A DNA stretch of 64,000 nucleotides from a virus (Duplodnaviria; Caudoviricetes). Below are positions 1-8,683 of the stretch, one piece after another. Position 1 is the first letter of the stretch. The number at the start of each line of letters is the position of its first letter. The translations under genes were made by a program, and so were the position numbers. The notes under the pieces were generated by a model, which had not been told where the DNA came from, made no database searches, and worked only from the letters and a program-made list of their open reading frames with translations. The stretch lies in the IMG/VR virus record IMGVR_UViG_3300033075_001817, positions 853 to 64,852 of that record. One strand, written 5' to 3'.

Positions 1-1050
1 GTTGCCGGGGCGCTCGGTCATCGCGACGCGCGGATCGGAGACGCTCGGGCCGCCGTTCGCCGGACCCTCCTTGCCGATCACGGTGAGCGCCGGATCGTTC
101 CAGTCGCGCACGTCGAGCTTCGCCCAGTGGCGCGCGTCGCTCGGCGGCATCGCGACGCGCGGATCGTTCACCGCCTCGACGCTGTGCCCGCCCGGGCCCG
201 TGACCGCGGGGATCGGCTCGCGCCAGTCCGCGACCGCGTGCCGGCGGAACACCTCGCGTCGCGCGCGCTCCTCGAGCACGCCAGCGAGGTCCCGCCAGTC
301 ACCGCCGGCCGGGATCAGCGCGAGCCGCAGCCAGTTGCGCCAGCTGAGGCGCGGCATCGTGTGCAGCTCGCCCCACGCGCTCGCCGCGACCGTCGCCGGC
401 ATGGGCAGCGTCGAGAGCACCTCGCCGATCCCGCGCACGCGCTTCTTCGGCGGCTGGTAGAGCAGCGGCGGGCAGCGGCGCGGATGACGAGCGACGAGCA
501 GGTAGCGCGTGCGGTGCTGAGCGAGCCCGCCGATCTCGCCGCAGTCGTGCGTCGACGCGTGGAAGACGTAGCCCGCGGCCTTGAGCATCGTGCGCAGCTC
601 GCGGAGCATCCCCGCCGCGCGCGTCGGAAGGCCCGGCACGTTCTCGAGCAGCACGAGCGCCGGAGGCTCCGGCCACGCATCGAGCATCCGGCGTGTCCAC
701 TCCACCGCGAGCCGGTTCATCGCCTGGTACTTCTCGGTCTTCGCCTTCGCGGCCGAGAGGAGCCGAGACGAGCCCTTGCACGGCGGGCTCATGAACACGA
801 CGTCGGGAGCGCGCTCGCCGTACCTCGAGCGAAGCTGCTCGGGCGTGATCGCGAGCACGTCCGTGCACCACGACTCCGCGCCGGTGAGGTAGCGGAAGTC
901 GGCGCACGCGCCCGCGTCGAAGTCGATCCCGCCGAGGCAGCGGAAGCGCCCCGCCGAGCCCATGAGCTGCACCTGCGCGTCGATGAAGCCGCGCGCGCCG
1001 GCACCGAGACCGCCGAAGGGGAAGAGGGCGGTGAAGACGTGCTCGCTCAC
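1..1050 (-). CDS. DNA (cytosine-5)-methyltransferase, 3'-partial (runs off left end)
   Basis: Not in the ORF track. Translated from GTG at 1050: motif I-like LFPFGGLGAG, catalytic SPPCKG, motif VI LLENVPG, then repeated xDPRV segments. Confidence 0.9.
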   Translation of the reverse strand, partial: MSEHVFTALFPFGGLGAGARGFIDAQVQLMGSAGRFRCLGGIDFDAGACADFRYLTGAESWCTDVLAITPEQLRSRYGERAPDVVFMSPPCKGSSRLLSAAKAKTEKYQAMNRLAVEWTRRMLDAWPEPPALVLLENVPGLPTRAAGMLRELRTMLKAAGYVFHASTHDCGEIGGLAQHRTRYLLVARHPRRCPPLLYQPPKKRVRGIGEVLSTLPMPATVAASAWGELHTMPRLSWRNWLRLALIPAGGDWRDLAGVLEERARREVFRRHAVADWREPIPAVTGPGGHSVEAVNDPRVAMPPSDARHWAKLDVRDWNDPALTVIGKEGPANGGPSVSDPRVAMTERPGN

Positions 1051-1472
1051 CGCGCACCCGCCTCGCTCTCGGACTTCCACGCGCGCACGAGCTCCGCGAC
1101 GGCACCGATCGCCCGCTCGTCGCTCGCGTGCTGCGTCGTCGCGATCAGCCGCAGCCACGGGTGGAGCGTCAGATCGCCCGCGGAGTGCACCTCGATGAGC
1201 AGCCCCCACGCGGCCCCGAGCTCCACCCAAACGCCCGTGCTCGGCGTGCGGGGAGCGAGGACGAGCACGAGATCAGCGCCCTTCACGCCCTCGATGAGGT
1301 CGCGCTCGAGCTCGGGGAGGAGCACGTCGTCCTCGAGCTCCGAATCGGGCGGATGCTTCCGCATGACCGCGGTCCAGTCGTGCGTGATCTCGACGCCGAG
1401 CTTGCGCAGCTCCGCGATCACCTGCTCGGCCCGAGCGATCTCCTTCGACGACGCGGCGACATAGACCTTCAC
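1047..1472 (-). CDS. Nucleoside 2-deoxyribosyltransferase / N-glycosidase-like protein
   Basis: N-terminal KVYVA and the GVKGADLVLVL...STGVWVELGAA signature. Start moved to GTG 1472. Confidence 0.7.
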   Translation of the reverse strand: MKVYVAASSKEIARAEQVIAELRKLGVEITHDWTAVMRKHPPDSELEDDVLLPELERDLIEGVKGADLVLVLAPRTPSTGVWVELGAAWGLLIEVHSAGDLTLHPWLRLIATTQHASDERAIGAVAELVRAWKSESEAGAR

Positions 1473-1607
1473 GATGACCTCCGAGGAACAAGAAGAAGAG
1501 GAGCGCGAGCGGCGAGAGACGAAGCGCGCCGAGTGGGCAGCGCGCGAGCGACTCGACCTGGCGAGGGGTCCGCCCGCGCTCCCGCACCTCACATCCGCCA
1601 GCCACCG

Positions 1608-1650
1608 GGTGGGCCCTGAGGGAGTCGAACCCTCGCTCAGCGGATGCAAG
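1608..1650 (-). other. tRNA-like 3'-half / T-arm hairpin (not a full tRNA)
   Basis: Minus strand CTTGCATCCGCTGAGCGAGGG-TTCGACT-CCCTC-AGGGCCC-ACC. T-arm is present; no D-arm or matching 5' acceptor strand. Confidence 0.45.
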
Positions 1651-1660
1651 GTGCGCGGGC

Positions 1661-1679
1661 GCGGGATGCTCCCGCGCGG
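1661..1679. other. GC-rich hairpin just after recT stop (possible terminator or processing site)
   Basis: Minus strand GCGCGGG-AGCAT-CCCGCGC (about 1659-1677); no U-tract. Confidence 0.35.
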
Positions 1680-1683
1680 TCGT

Positions 1684-2679
1684 TCAGCCGACGGGCGGCT
1701 CGTCCTTCTCGGCGACCTCGCCGCTCAGCGGGTCGTGATCGGCGGCGCGCGCGCGCCCGCGCTTGGCCGGCTCCTTCGCGCCCGTCTCGATCTCCTGCGC
1801 GTGCTTCGCCGTCTCGGGAACGTCCTCGGTCGCGAGCGTCTCGGGCTGCGTGTCCTCCGGCAGCGTCAGCCCCGCACCGCGCTTGAGCGCTTCCTCGACC
1901 TCGGGATCGAACGCGCTCGCCTTGCCGAGCTCCTGGCCCTCGTCGACCTCCGCGGCGCGCGCCATCTCGCTCGACTTCGGGAGCCAGCGGTAGAGGCGGC
2001 GCACGCCCGTCTTGAGCGACATCGCCTCGTAGTCGGTGTCCCACGGCGTCGAGGCGCCCGCGCCGCTCGCGCCGCGCTTGCGGTACGCCTCGATCTCGGC
2101 CTTCGTGAGCACGACGAAGACGGGATCCTCGTTGTCGGTCAGCTTCGCCGCCGCGTAGACGTAGAGCAGCGTCTCCTTCGTACGCGGCAGATCGAAGCGC
2201 GGCTCGTGCTCCACTGTCGGCTTGAGGCCGTAGCTCACCTTGAAGTGGTCGCCCTGGTAGACGGGGAACGCCCAGAGGCCGCGCACCTGGCCCGAGCGAC
2301 GCGCGAGATCGATCAGGCCCTGGTAGCCGATGATCAGCGTGCACTCGATCGTGTTGTGCTTCCGGTTCTTGCGCGGGATGAGGTACGCGTGCCCGAGCGG
2401 CGTGTTGACCTCGAGCCCGAGCTGCGAGGCCTGCATGATGCACGCGAGGAAGCTCTCGGGCGTGCACGAGAGAAGGTCCTTCGTGGTGCGCAGCGCGGTC
2501 AGCGCGACGCGCGCCATGCGCTCCGCAGTGACGTGCTTCGGGAGCGCGCGCGCGATCTCCTGCTTCATCCCGTTGCCGGTGAGCATGCGGATCAGCGGGT
2601 GCGGCTGGTTATCCTGTCCGTTCTGCGGACGGGACTGGATCTGACCGTTGGGAGCCGTGTTCGGGGGAGCCATGTTCAT
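1684..2679 (-). CDS. recT: RecT-family single-strand annealing protein
   Basis: ALPKHVTAERMARVALTALR, ASQLGLEVN..LGHAYLIP, IIGYQGLIDLARRSG, PW.TDYEAMSLKT.VRRLYRWLPKS. Start at MNMAPP with RBS. Confidence 0.95.
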   Translation of the reverse strand: MNMAPPNTAPNGQIQSRPQNGQDNQPHPLIRMLTGNGMKQEIARALPKHVTAERMARVALTALRTTKDLLSCTPESFLACIMQASQLGLEVNTPLGHAYLIPRKNRKHNTIECTLIIGYQGLIDLARRSGQVRGLWAFPVYQGDHFKVSYGLKPTVEHEPRFDLPRTKETLLYVYAAAKLTDNEDPVFVVLTKAEIEAYRKRGASGAGASTPWDTDYEAMSLKTGVRRLYRWLPKSSEMARAAEVDEGQELGKASAFDPEVEEALKRGAGLTLPEDTQPETLATEDVPETAKHAQEIETGAKEPAKRGRARAADHDPLSGEVAEKDEPPVG

Positions 2680-3632
2680 GCACTCTCTTTCTTCTCGATT
2701 CGTCGGAGCTGCCTGTAGGTGGTTGCGGCGACCGCGTAGGCCTTGCGGCTCACGGTCTTCAGCGAGTAGGTGGTGCGGCCGTTCGGAACGATCGCGGTCG
2801 ACGCCTGGCGCATCTCGGCGAGGATCTCGGCGCTGATCTCCTCGATGCGCGCGTCGGCTCTCTTGCGAGCGGCCATGAGCTCCTCGCGCTCTTCGTCGAG
2901 ACGAATGAAGCGCTCGTCGAGCTCGATCGCGCTGCCGTCGTCGGTCGGCCAGAGCGCGCGGAAGGTGTCGCGATCGTAGGGCCCTGGCGGATCGTCGCCG
3001 CTCGCGATGAGCCGCATCACCTCGGGCCCGCGCACGAGCAGACGGCGGATCGCCGCCTCGTCGCGCGGCACGTCCTCCCAGACGAGCTTGTGCGGACCGA
3101 GCATGCACGCGACCGAGACCATCGGCGCGCCGGTCACGAGCGCCTGGTGCTGCGCCTGCCACCAGTAGTCGGGCGGCGTCCCGTACTCCCACGCATCGCG
3201 CGCCCAGTCGGTCGACTTGAGCTCGAGCGGGATCCACCCGTGCTCCGGATGGAGCGTCCATCCGTCGAGCGTCGCGAGTGCCCACGGGTGCTCGATGGAG
3301 CGGAGCAGCCTGCCCGCGCGCTGCGCAGCGCGGCCCGCGTAGCGCGCCGAGGAGTAGGCCTCGATGATGACGGGCTCGAGCCGGAGCCCCCATTCGAGGA
3401 ACTCGGTCGTCGCGTCGTCGTCGCCGAGCATGCCCCGCTTCTCGGTCACGAGGCGCGCGAGCGTCAGGCGCGAGTGCTCCCCGACGAGGACGGCGGCCTC
3501 GCTCGCGCCGATGCCGCTGCGGCGCATCGCGAGCCAGCGCGGGCGATCGGTCGAGTCGCAGAGCGCGTCGTATCCGCGGAGCTCGCGCGGAAGCGCGTCC
3601 GGGATCGTCGCGAGCTTCTTCCATTCGCTCAT
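2676..3632 (-). CDS. YqaJ-like (lambda-exonuclease family) recombination nuclease
   Basis: WLAMRRSGIGASEAA, EWGLRLEP, ATLDG, LELKST, YWWQAQHQ; adjacent to recT. Confidence 0.93.
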   Translation of the reverse strand: MSEWKKLATIPDALPRELRGYDALCDSTDRPRWLAMRRSGIGASEAAVLVGEHSRLTLARLVTEKRGMLGDDDATTEFLEWGLRLEPVIIEAYSSARYAGRAAQRAGRLLRSIEHPWALATLDGWTLHPEHGWIPLELKSTDWARDAWEYGTPPDYWWQAQHQALVTGAPMVSVACMLGPHKLVWEDVPRDEAAIRRLLVRGPEVMRLIASGDDPPGPYDRDTFRALWPTDDGSAIELDERFIRLDEEREELMAARKRADARIEEISAEILAEMRQASTAIVPNGRTTYSLKTVSRKAYAVAATTYRQLRRIEKKESA

Positions 3633-3976
3633 GCGAAGCCCAATCCCTTCCGGACAAGCACCCACACGCCGTCGCCCTGGCGCTGGTACTCGGCCTCCCA
3701 GAGAGGCGCGTAGAAGGAAATGCGCCAGTCGTGATCGGGGTCGGCCTTCGCGAGGTCCTCGACCTGCTGGACAGACCAGAAGCGCTCGTCTTCGACGTCT
3801 CGCTCGGAGTAGACGCCGATGTCGTCGCACGATGCCGTGACCGACCCGAAGCCGACCGCGAGCATCCGATCCATCGTGAGATCGGAGAGCGCGCCGGCCG
3901 CGTGCACGGTGTCAGGACCGACGACGAGGCAGGCGACGGACCCTTGGACAGGAGGGAGCTTCGTCCAGGTGCTCAC
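3629..3976 (-). CDS. Hypothetical phage protein
   Basis: Coupled GTGA/ATGA overlaps and phage-like codon usage. Confidence 0.6.
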   Translation of the reverse strand: MSTWTKLPPVQGSVACLVVGPDTVHAAGALSDLTMDRMLAVGFGSVTASCDDIGVYSERDVEDERFWSVQQVEDLAKADPDHDWRISFYAPLWEAEYQRQGDGVWVLVRKGLGFA

Positions 3977-4761
3977 GCGGCACCAGCCTTTCGGTCTGCC
4001 ATCCGAGCTTGGTGGTCCTGGTCGCTGGTCCCAGCGATGACTCGCGACGCGCTGCGCGGCTTGAGCCCGCAGCTCTCGAGCCATTCATCGAACCGCATCC
4101 GGAGTGCGCGCTGCGCCTCGATCACGGCGGTGTACGTGCCGCCGTCAGCGACGCGACGGATCGCGTTCTCGTAGCGGAGCCAGATAGCAGCTGTCGCCTC
4201 TGCGTCGGCCGCTGCACTGTGAGCATTCGTCAGCGGCACGCCGTTGCGCGAGCACACGGCGCCGAGCTTGTGGTTGCCTCGGCCCCACGTCGTAACCGGA
4301 TCGATCACGTCGTGTCGAGACCAGAGGCAGACGTCGATCCAGTCCTTTGCCGCGAGCGCTTCGGGGCGCTCCTGGCTGGTGAACGTGCCGGCGGCGCGAG
4401 CTCGACGCACCATCGCATTCAGGTGGTCGTGATCGAATCCGCCGTTGAACGCGACGGTGCAATGCACCTGCCCATCGCTGTAGAGATCGACGATGCGCGG
4501 CCAGACGTCGTGGAACTCCGGCGCTCCCACGAGCTTGTTCGCGTCGATGCCGTGGATCTTCGTGGACTCGTGCGGGATCTGGATGTCGCACGCGATGAGC
4601 GAATGAACGCGCGCGACCTCGATGCCCATGTCGAAGCGAAGCGCGGCCACCTCGACCACGCGCCCCTTCTTCGGATCGAGGCCGGTTGTTTCGGTGTCGA
4701 TAGCGACGAAAGATCGCCACGGCGGCGCGAGATCGGTGCGTGAGTAGTCGGGCTCCGTCAT
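3973..4761 (-). CDS. DEDDh 3'-5' exonuclease (DnaQ/epsilon-like)
   Basis: ExoI DTETTG, ExoII FNGGFD, ExoIII AHSAAADAEAT. Confidence 0.92.
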   Translation of the reverse strand: MTEPDYSRTDLAPPWRSFVAIDTETTGLDPKKGRVVEVAALRFDMGIEVARVHSLIACDIQIPHESTKIHGIDANKLVGAPEFHDVWPRIVDLYSDGQVHCTVAFNGGFDHDHLNAMVRRARAAGTFTSQERPEALAAKDWIDVCLWSRHDVIDPVTTWGRGNHKLGAVCSRNGVPLTNAHSAAADAEATAAIWLRYENAIRRVADGGTYTAVIEAQRALRMRFDEWLESCGLKPRSASRVIAGTSDQDHQARMADRKAGAA

Positions 4762-4967
4762 CAGTAGTCTCCGTCGGTGAGCAGAAGAACGCGCGGCTCG
4801 TCGTCGGCGAGGCGCAACTCGGTGAGGTGGATGGGCGTGATGTCGTTGGTCGGGCCGCACGGGCTCAGCTGCACGAGGAGATCGCGCGCGTGCGCCTCGT
4901 CGCGCGCGGCAACGACCGCGTAGCCGTTGATGTAGTGACCGGAGAACTTCGCTCCGAAGACGCGCAT
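4761..4967 (-). CDS. Small hypothetical protein
   Basis: MRVFGAKFSGHYING...; coupled to the exonuclease start. Confidence 0.5.
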   Translation of the reverse strand: MRVFGAKFSGHYINGYAVVAARDEAHARDLLVQLSPCGPTNDITPIHLTELRLADDEPRVLLLTDGDY

Positions 4968-5191
4968 CACGGCGCCTCCGGCCGGTAGACGTTGTCGACG
5001 CGCAGCGTCAGCTCCGTCTCGACCTCGACGATCCAGCGCTTGTAGCGAGCGCGCATAGACACGTCTCGGCAAGCGAGCGTGCGGCTCTCGGGAGGCGTCG
5101 CGATCGATCTCGTCACGGGCGATTGCGCGCACAAGAGCGATCGTCGTCATCTTCGCGGCGCGCTCGAGCGGGAACTCTGTGGGCATGTTCG

Positions 5192-5422
5192 TCACGCCTC
5201 GACCTCACTGCGCGCGATGAGGCTCGCCTCGCTCATCTCCCCGTCGGTCACCGAGAGCGGCGCCCCCGTCCGACGGATCCGATCGCTCGCGAGCGCGGCC
5301 GCAACGGTCACGACGCGGGCGAGGTTGCTCGGTCCCGGCGAGGGACGCGGCCGAGGGCACGCGCACGGGGCGAAGAGCTCGCGCCACGTGTCACACGCCG
5401 AGCAGTACGACTGACCCATCAC
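5192..5422 (-). CDS. Small hypothetical protein with CxxC motif
   Basis: YCSACD; coupled overlap. Confidence 0.4.
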   Translation of the reverse strand: MMGQSYCSACDTWRELFAPCACPRPRPSPGPSNLARVVTVAAALASDRIRRTGAPLSVTDGEMSEASLIARSEVEA

Positions 5423-6255
5423 GAAGCTCGGCGGTGCTTGGCAGAGGGTCTCGCCGACGTGATGCGCGGAAACGACTCCGAGTCGCGAAACTGGAGCTTC
5501 GAGATTGAACTGCCGGAGACGTACGCGTTCCAGGTCTTGATCACCATCGCCGCGTAGATGGTGACCGGCAATGCCCCGCTGCGCGTCTGCTCCATGATGA
5601 GCCGATTTCGCAGCGTCAGCTCCGGGCTCTCCGGAGCGAGGCCTACCCCACTGAGCACTCGTTGGATGAAATCGTCTGCGGCAGCTTCGTCGGACTCGCG
5701 AATCAGCGCGAAGCCGGCCAGCACTCCGGACACTGCACGCATGATGGACTTCGTCTTGACGAGGTAGCGTTCGCAGGTCTCCGCGATCGACGGATGCGCC
5801 TCATAGGCGATCAGCGCTTCGTCGTTGCACACCATCCCCTGGCTGCGCGTGTAGAGCTCGTTTCGGTGGTAGTTGAAGACGATGTTCGTCATCGCCGTCT
5901 TCACGGACTGATTCGGACCCGGAAGCAGATCCTTGGCCTTGCGCGGAGATCCTGTGTCCATCACTGCATAGGCGTCCTCGTCCGCTCCGTAGAGAACGAG
6001 CACCTCGATGGGCTTGCCGGACTCCACGCACGCGAAGAGACGATGCTGCCCATTCAGCACGCGCCCCGGGCTCGCGAACGAGTCTCCGGTCATGGCGATC
6101 GCGTCGTTCGTGAGCTTCCAGCGGCCTTCCGAGTTCGCACGCGACAACAGCTCCACCTTGGTGTCGCGGATCGGGCGATTGCCCTGGTTGTAGTTCAGGA
6201 TCATTTCCGCCTGAGCCGGAGTGATGATCTCGATCTTGGCCTTCTTCATTTGCAC
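5419..6255 (-). CDS. ParB/Srx-like N-terminal domain protein
   Basis: ITPAQAEMIL..N..NRP and LNGQHRL (DGQHRL-type) motif; visibly lower GC than neighbours. Confidence 0.7.
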   Translation of the reverse strand: MQMKKAKIEIITPAQAEMILNYNQGNRPIRDTKVELLSRANSEGRWKLTNDAIAMTGDSFASPGRVLNGQHRLFACVESGKPIEVLVLYGADEDAYAVMDTGSPRKAKDLLPGPNQSVKTAMTNIVFNYHRNELYTRSQGMVCNDEALIAYEAHPSIAETCERYLVKTKSIMRAVSGVLAGFALIRESDEAAADDFIQRVLSGVGLAPESPELTLRNRLIMEQTRSGALPVTIYAAMVIKTWNAYVSGSSISKLQFRDSESFPRITSARPSAKHRRAS

Positions 6256-6291
6256 GCAGCTCCTGTTCGTTGTCTTGTCGAAGCACTGCGC

Positions 6292-6432
6292 CTATCGGGC
6301 GCAGTCCAACTCTGCGGTTAGCGCCACGACGGGCGCGGAAGGGGACGCGAGCGCGGCCGCGCCGAGCGCGAGCACGCAGACCCAGAGGAGGCGGCGCGCG
6401 ACGGCGCCGAGCATGCGGGGAGGGCGCGTCAC
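6292..6432 (-). CDS. Small membrane/secreted peptide
   Basis: Hydrophobic RRLLWVCVLALGAAALA stretch. Confidence 0.35.
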   Translation of the reverse strand: MTRPPRMLGAVARRLLWVCVLALGAAALASPSAPVVALTAELDCAR

Positions 6433-6929
6433 GAGCGCACCGCCGCGGCGAGAGGGAACGCGTCGAGTAGGATGCCGCTGTCGCGAACGTCGACAATCCA
6501 CAGCTCCGGATGCGCACGGCGCACGTCGGAGAGCGAGTCGAAGCGAAGGCCGAAGCCGCGCTCCTGGGCGATCGGATCGAGGAGCCACACGTCGCCGCCC
6601 CACTTCCCGGGCAACGCCGGCTTGCAGAGCACCGGACCGCTGAAGCGCCGGTGCCCGGAGATCGCGGACGCGTGCAGCTCGCGCGCAACGTCGCGCTGGC
6701 GCGAGACGTTCTCCAGCTTGCGGCGGAGATCCGCGTTCTCGCGCTCGAGGGCACGTAGCGCTGACTGGTGAGCTGCCGTCGCCGCGCTCGCGTCGGCCAC
6801 CATGAGCGCGACGGAGATCGCGCGCGCGTCGTCCTCGGGGCCGCTGGAGTTGATGACGGCGCCGTCGACGCCAACGTTGTGACCGCCGCTGCCGTTCTTG
6901 GCGAAGATCGTGATACGCGGGTCGGTCAT
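6429..6929 (-). CDS. Hypothetical protein with coiled coil
   Basis: Coupled gene string; LRALERENADLRRKLE. Confidence 0.6.
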   Translation of the reverse strand: MTDPRITIFAKNGSGGHNVGVDGAVINSSGPEDDARAISVALMVADASAATAAHQSALRALERENADLRRKLENVSRQRDVARELHASAISGHRRFSGPVLCKPALPGKWGGDVWLLDPIAQERGFGLRFDSLSDVRRAHPELWIVDVRDSGILLDAFPLAAAVRS

Positions 6930-7177
6930 GACGCGTTCTCCGAGGTGAGGTCGGCCGGCGGCGGCAGCGTGTCGGCGGTGCACGCGCGGGAGTAGGCAGC
7001 GGTGAACGCGTCCTCGTGCTCGCAGTTCTCGACGGAGGGCGGCGGCGCGGGCGCGGGCTTCGCGCCACCGAAGCGGCGGCGCATCTGGCGCATCAGCGCC
7101 GCGGCGAGCGCGTGGTCGCCGTAGTGGAGCGCGCGGTTCGCCGCGCGAAGCGTCTCTTCGATCGTCGGGCGCTTCAT
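6926..7177 (-). CDS. Hypothetical protein
   Basis: ATGA-coupled early gene. Confidence 0.5.
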   Translation of the reverse strand: MKRPTIEETLRAANRALHYGDHALAAALMRQMRRRFGGAKPAPAPPPSVENCEHEDAFTAAYSRACTADTLPPPADLTSENAS

Positions 7178-7407
7178 CGCGCACCAGCCGGACGGAGGTT
7201 GCGGACGATCGAGCGGCAAAGCGGGAGGAGCCCGATCTCGCCCACGACGCGACGGAGCGCGCTCGAGTAGACCGTGTGGTGGTGCGTGCCCGGCGCGGGA
7301 GCGGCGCTCCACATGCCGGTGAAGTGCGCATGGGCGATGAAGAGCCGGCTTCGCTCGCCCTCGGCGGTACGCGCCGCGAGGTGCCGCTCGTACGTGGTCG
7401 CGGTCAT
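7174..7407 (-). CDS. Hypothetical protein
   Basis: ATGA-coupled early gene. Confidence 0.5.
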   Translation of the reverse strand: MTATTYERHLAARTAEGERSRLFIAHAHFTGMWSAAPAPGTHHHTVYSSALRRVVGEIGLLPLCRSIVRNLRPAGAR

Positions 7408-7730
7408 TCGGCACGCTCCCGAGCGATGCAGTTCGCGCACGTGCCGCACGGGCCGTAGTGGCCTTCGGGGCGCAGCCCCCAGTCCGGGCACGAGAGATCC
7501 GCGCTGAGCCCCGCGGCTTGGACGGCCGCGCGCGCGGTCGTGATGCAGCGATCGCGATGCTCGGCGGCGCGCGCCCACCTCGCGTTCGCGGTCGTGACGC
7601 GCGCTCGAGACGAGCCGGGCGGGAGCGCCGACCGTGCAGCGGCGGCGCGCTGCGATGCGTCCTCGGCACGGGCGAGCGCACGAAGCGCATCGGCGGCCGC
7701 GTAGTAGCGATCCGACGTCGGCGCGCTCAT
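7404..7730 (-). CDS. Hypothetical protein with C-terminal Cys cluster
   Basis: PCGTCANC; RBS GGAGG upstream. Confidence 0.55.
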   Translation of the reverse strand: MSAPTSDRYYAAADALRALARAEDASQRAAAARSALPPGSSRARVTTANARWARAAEHRDRCITTARAAVQAAGLSADLSCPDWGLRPEGHYGPCGTCANCIARERAE

Positions 7731-7942
7731 GCCGCCCTCGCAGTCTCGGCGGCCCGATCCGCCTCGTCCTCGGCGAGGAGGAGGGCCTCCATCCGCACGT
7801 CGTGGTCGCGCACGACGATCCACAGCTCGTCGCCGTAGCCGTTGCGCTCGACGTAGAGCAGCTCTTCGACCGTCTGCTCGTCGAGGTGCACGCGGCAGGG
7901 CGTGCCGTCCGAGAGCACCACGTAGCGGACCGCGGACGTCAC
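7727..7942 (-). CDS. Hypothetical protein
   Basis: Coupled early gene. Confidence 0.5.
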   Translation of the reverse strand: MTSAVRYVVLSDGTPCRVHLDEQTVEELLYVERNGYGDELWIVVRDHDVRMEALLLAEDEADRAAETARAA

Positions 7943-8223
7943 GACGCCACCGCCGTGATGGAGCGACGGATCTCGTCGCACGCGTCGTCGAGGTCGAGCG
8001 CGATGGCCGTCTCGGTGATGCCCGGGGCGAGCAGGCACACGCACCAGCTCACCGTGCCGTCGTGGTGAGTGAACGGGATCGCCGTGACCGACCGGCCATC
8101 AGCCGTGCCGGTGTAGCGGTGCGTCGGCGTGAACGTGCACGCGACGCCGAGGAGCGTGCGGGTCTCGCCCACGACCGGGGCGAGCGCGACGTCAGCGGCG
8201 GGCTGGTACGCGAAGCCGCGCAT
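7939..8223 (-). CDS. Hypothetical protein
   Basis: Coupled early gene. Confidence 0.5.
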   Translation of the reverse strand: MRGFAYQPAADVALAPVVGETRTLLGVACTFTPTHRYTGTADGRSVTAIPFTHHDGTVSWCVCLLAPGITETAIALDLDDACDEIRRSITAVAS

Positions 8224-8555
8224 CAGTGCACCACTCCCACGTGCTCGAGCACCGAGAGGATCGTCGAGCGCGGCGCGTTGCGGCCCACGACGCACTCGGT
8301 CGCAGCGTGGCCGCCCGCGACCATCGCCTTGCCGAGGTACTCGCCGCAGAGCGCGTAGACGAGGAAGTCCTGCCACGCGCTGCCGCCGCCCAGGGCGTAG
8401 ACCTCGACGCGGTAGCCGGCGTCACCGATGCGCGTCTCGAAGACGCCGCCGAACGTGGTCGGCACCGCACGCTCGACCTGCAGCTCGTCGCAGCCGCAGT
8501 CACCGAAGGTCTCGCCGCACTCCTCGCACCAGTCGGTCCGCTCGTAGGGGTCCAT
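8223..8555 (-). CDS. Hypothetical protein, first gene after the pL-like promoter
   Basis: WCEECG..DCGC motif; RBS GAGAGG. Confidence 0.6.
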   Translation of the reverse strand: MDPYERTDWCEECGETFGDCGCDELQVERAVPTTFGGVFETRIGDAGYRVEVYALGGGSAWQDFLVYALCGEYLGKAMVAGGHAATECVVGRNAPRSTILSVLEHVGVVH

Positions 8556-8600
8556 CGCTGCCTGCCTCTCGTCGTCCCTCGCCAGAAGGTCGATGAGTGG

Positions 8601-8629
8601 AAGATGAGACGTAAGCGGCTGGCTGTCAA
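8601..8629 (-). promoter_or_regulatory. Sigma70-type leftward early promoter (pL-like)
   Basis: Minus strand TTGACA (8629-8624), 17 nt spacer, CATCTT (8606-8601), upstream of the early-left operon. Confidence 0.7.
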
Positions 8630-8683
8630 CGTCTAGCTGGGCACGTTATGTCGATTTTCCGTAAGCCCGCGTAAACCCATCGG

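Noticed and set aside
299-1105. Track ORF of 268 aa on the minus strand
   Set aside because: Wrong frame; the real gene is the C5 methyltransferase frame from 1050, which runs off the window.
1605-1686. Full tRNA gene
   Set aside because: No D-arm or complementary 5' acceptor strand and no CCA; kept only as a tRNA-like fragment.
1684-3657. 657-aa track ORF suggesting a large RecT fusion
   Set aside because: The N-terminal half overlaps YqaJ in another frame; RecT has its own RBS and start at 2679.
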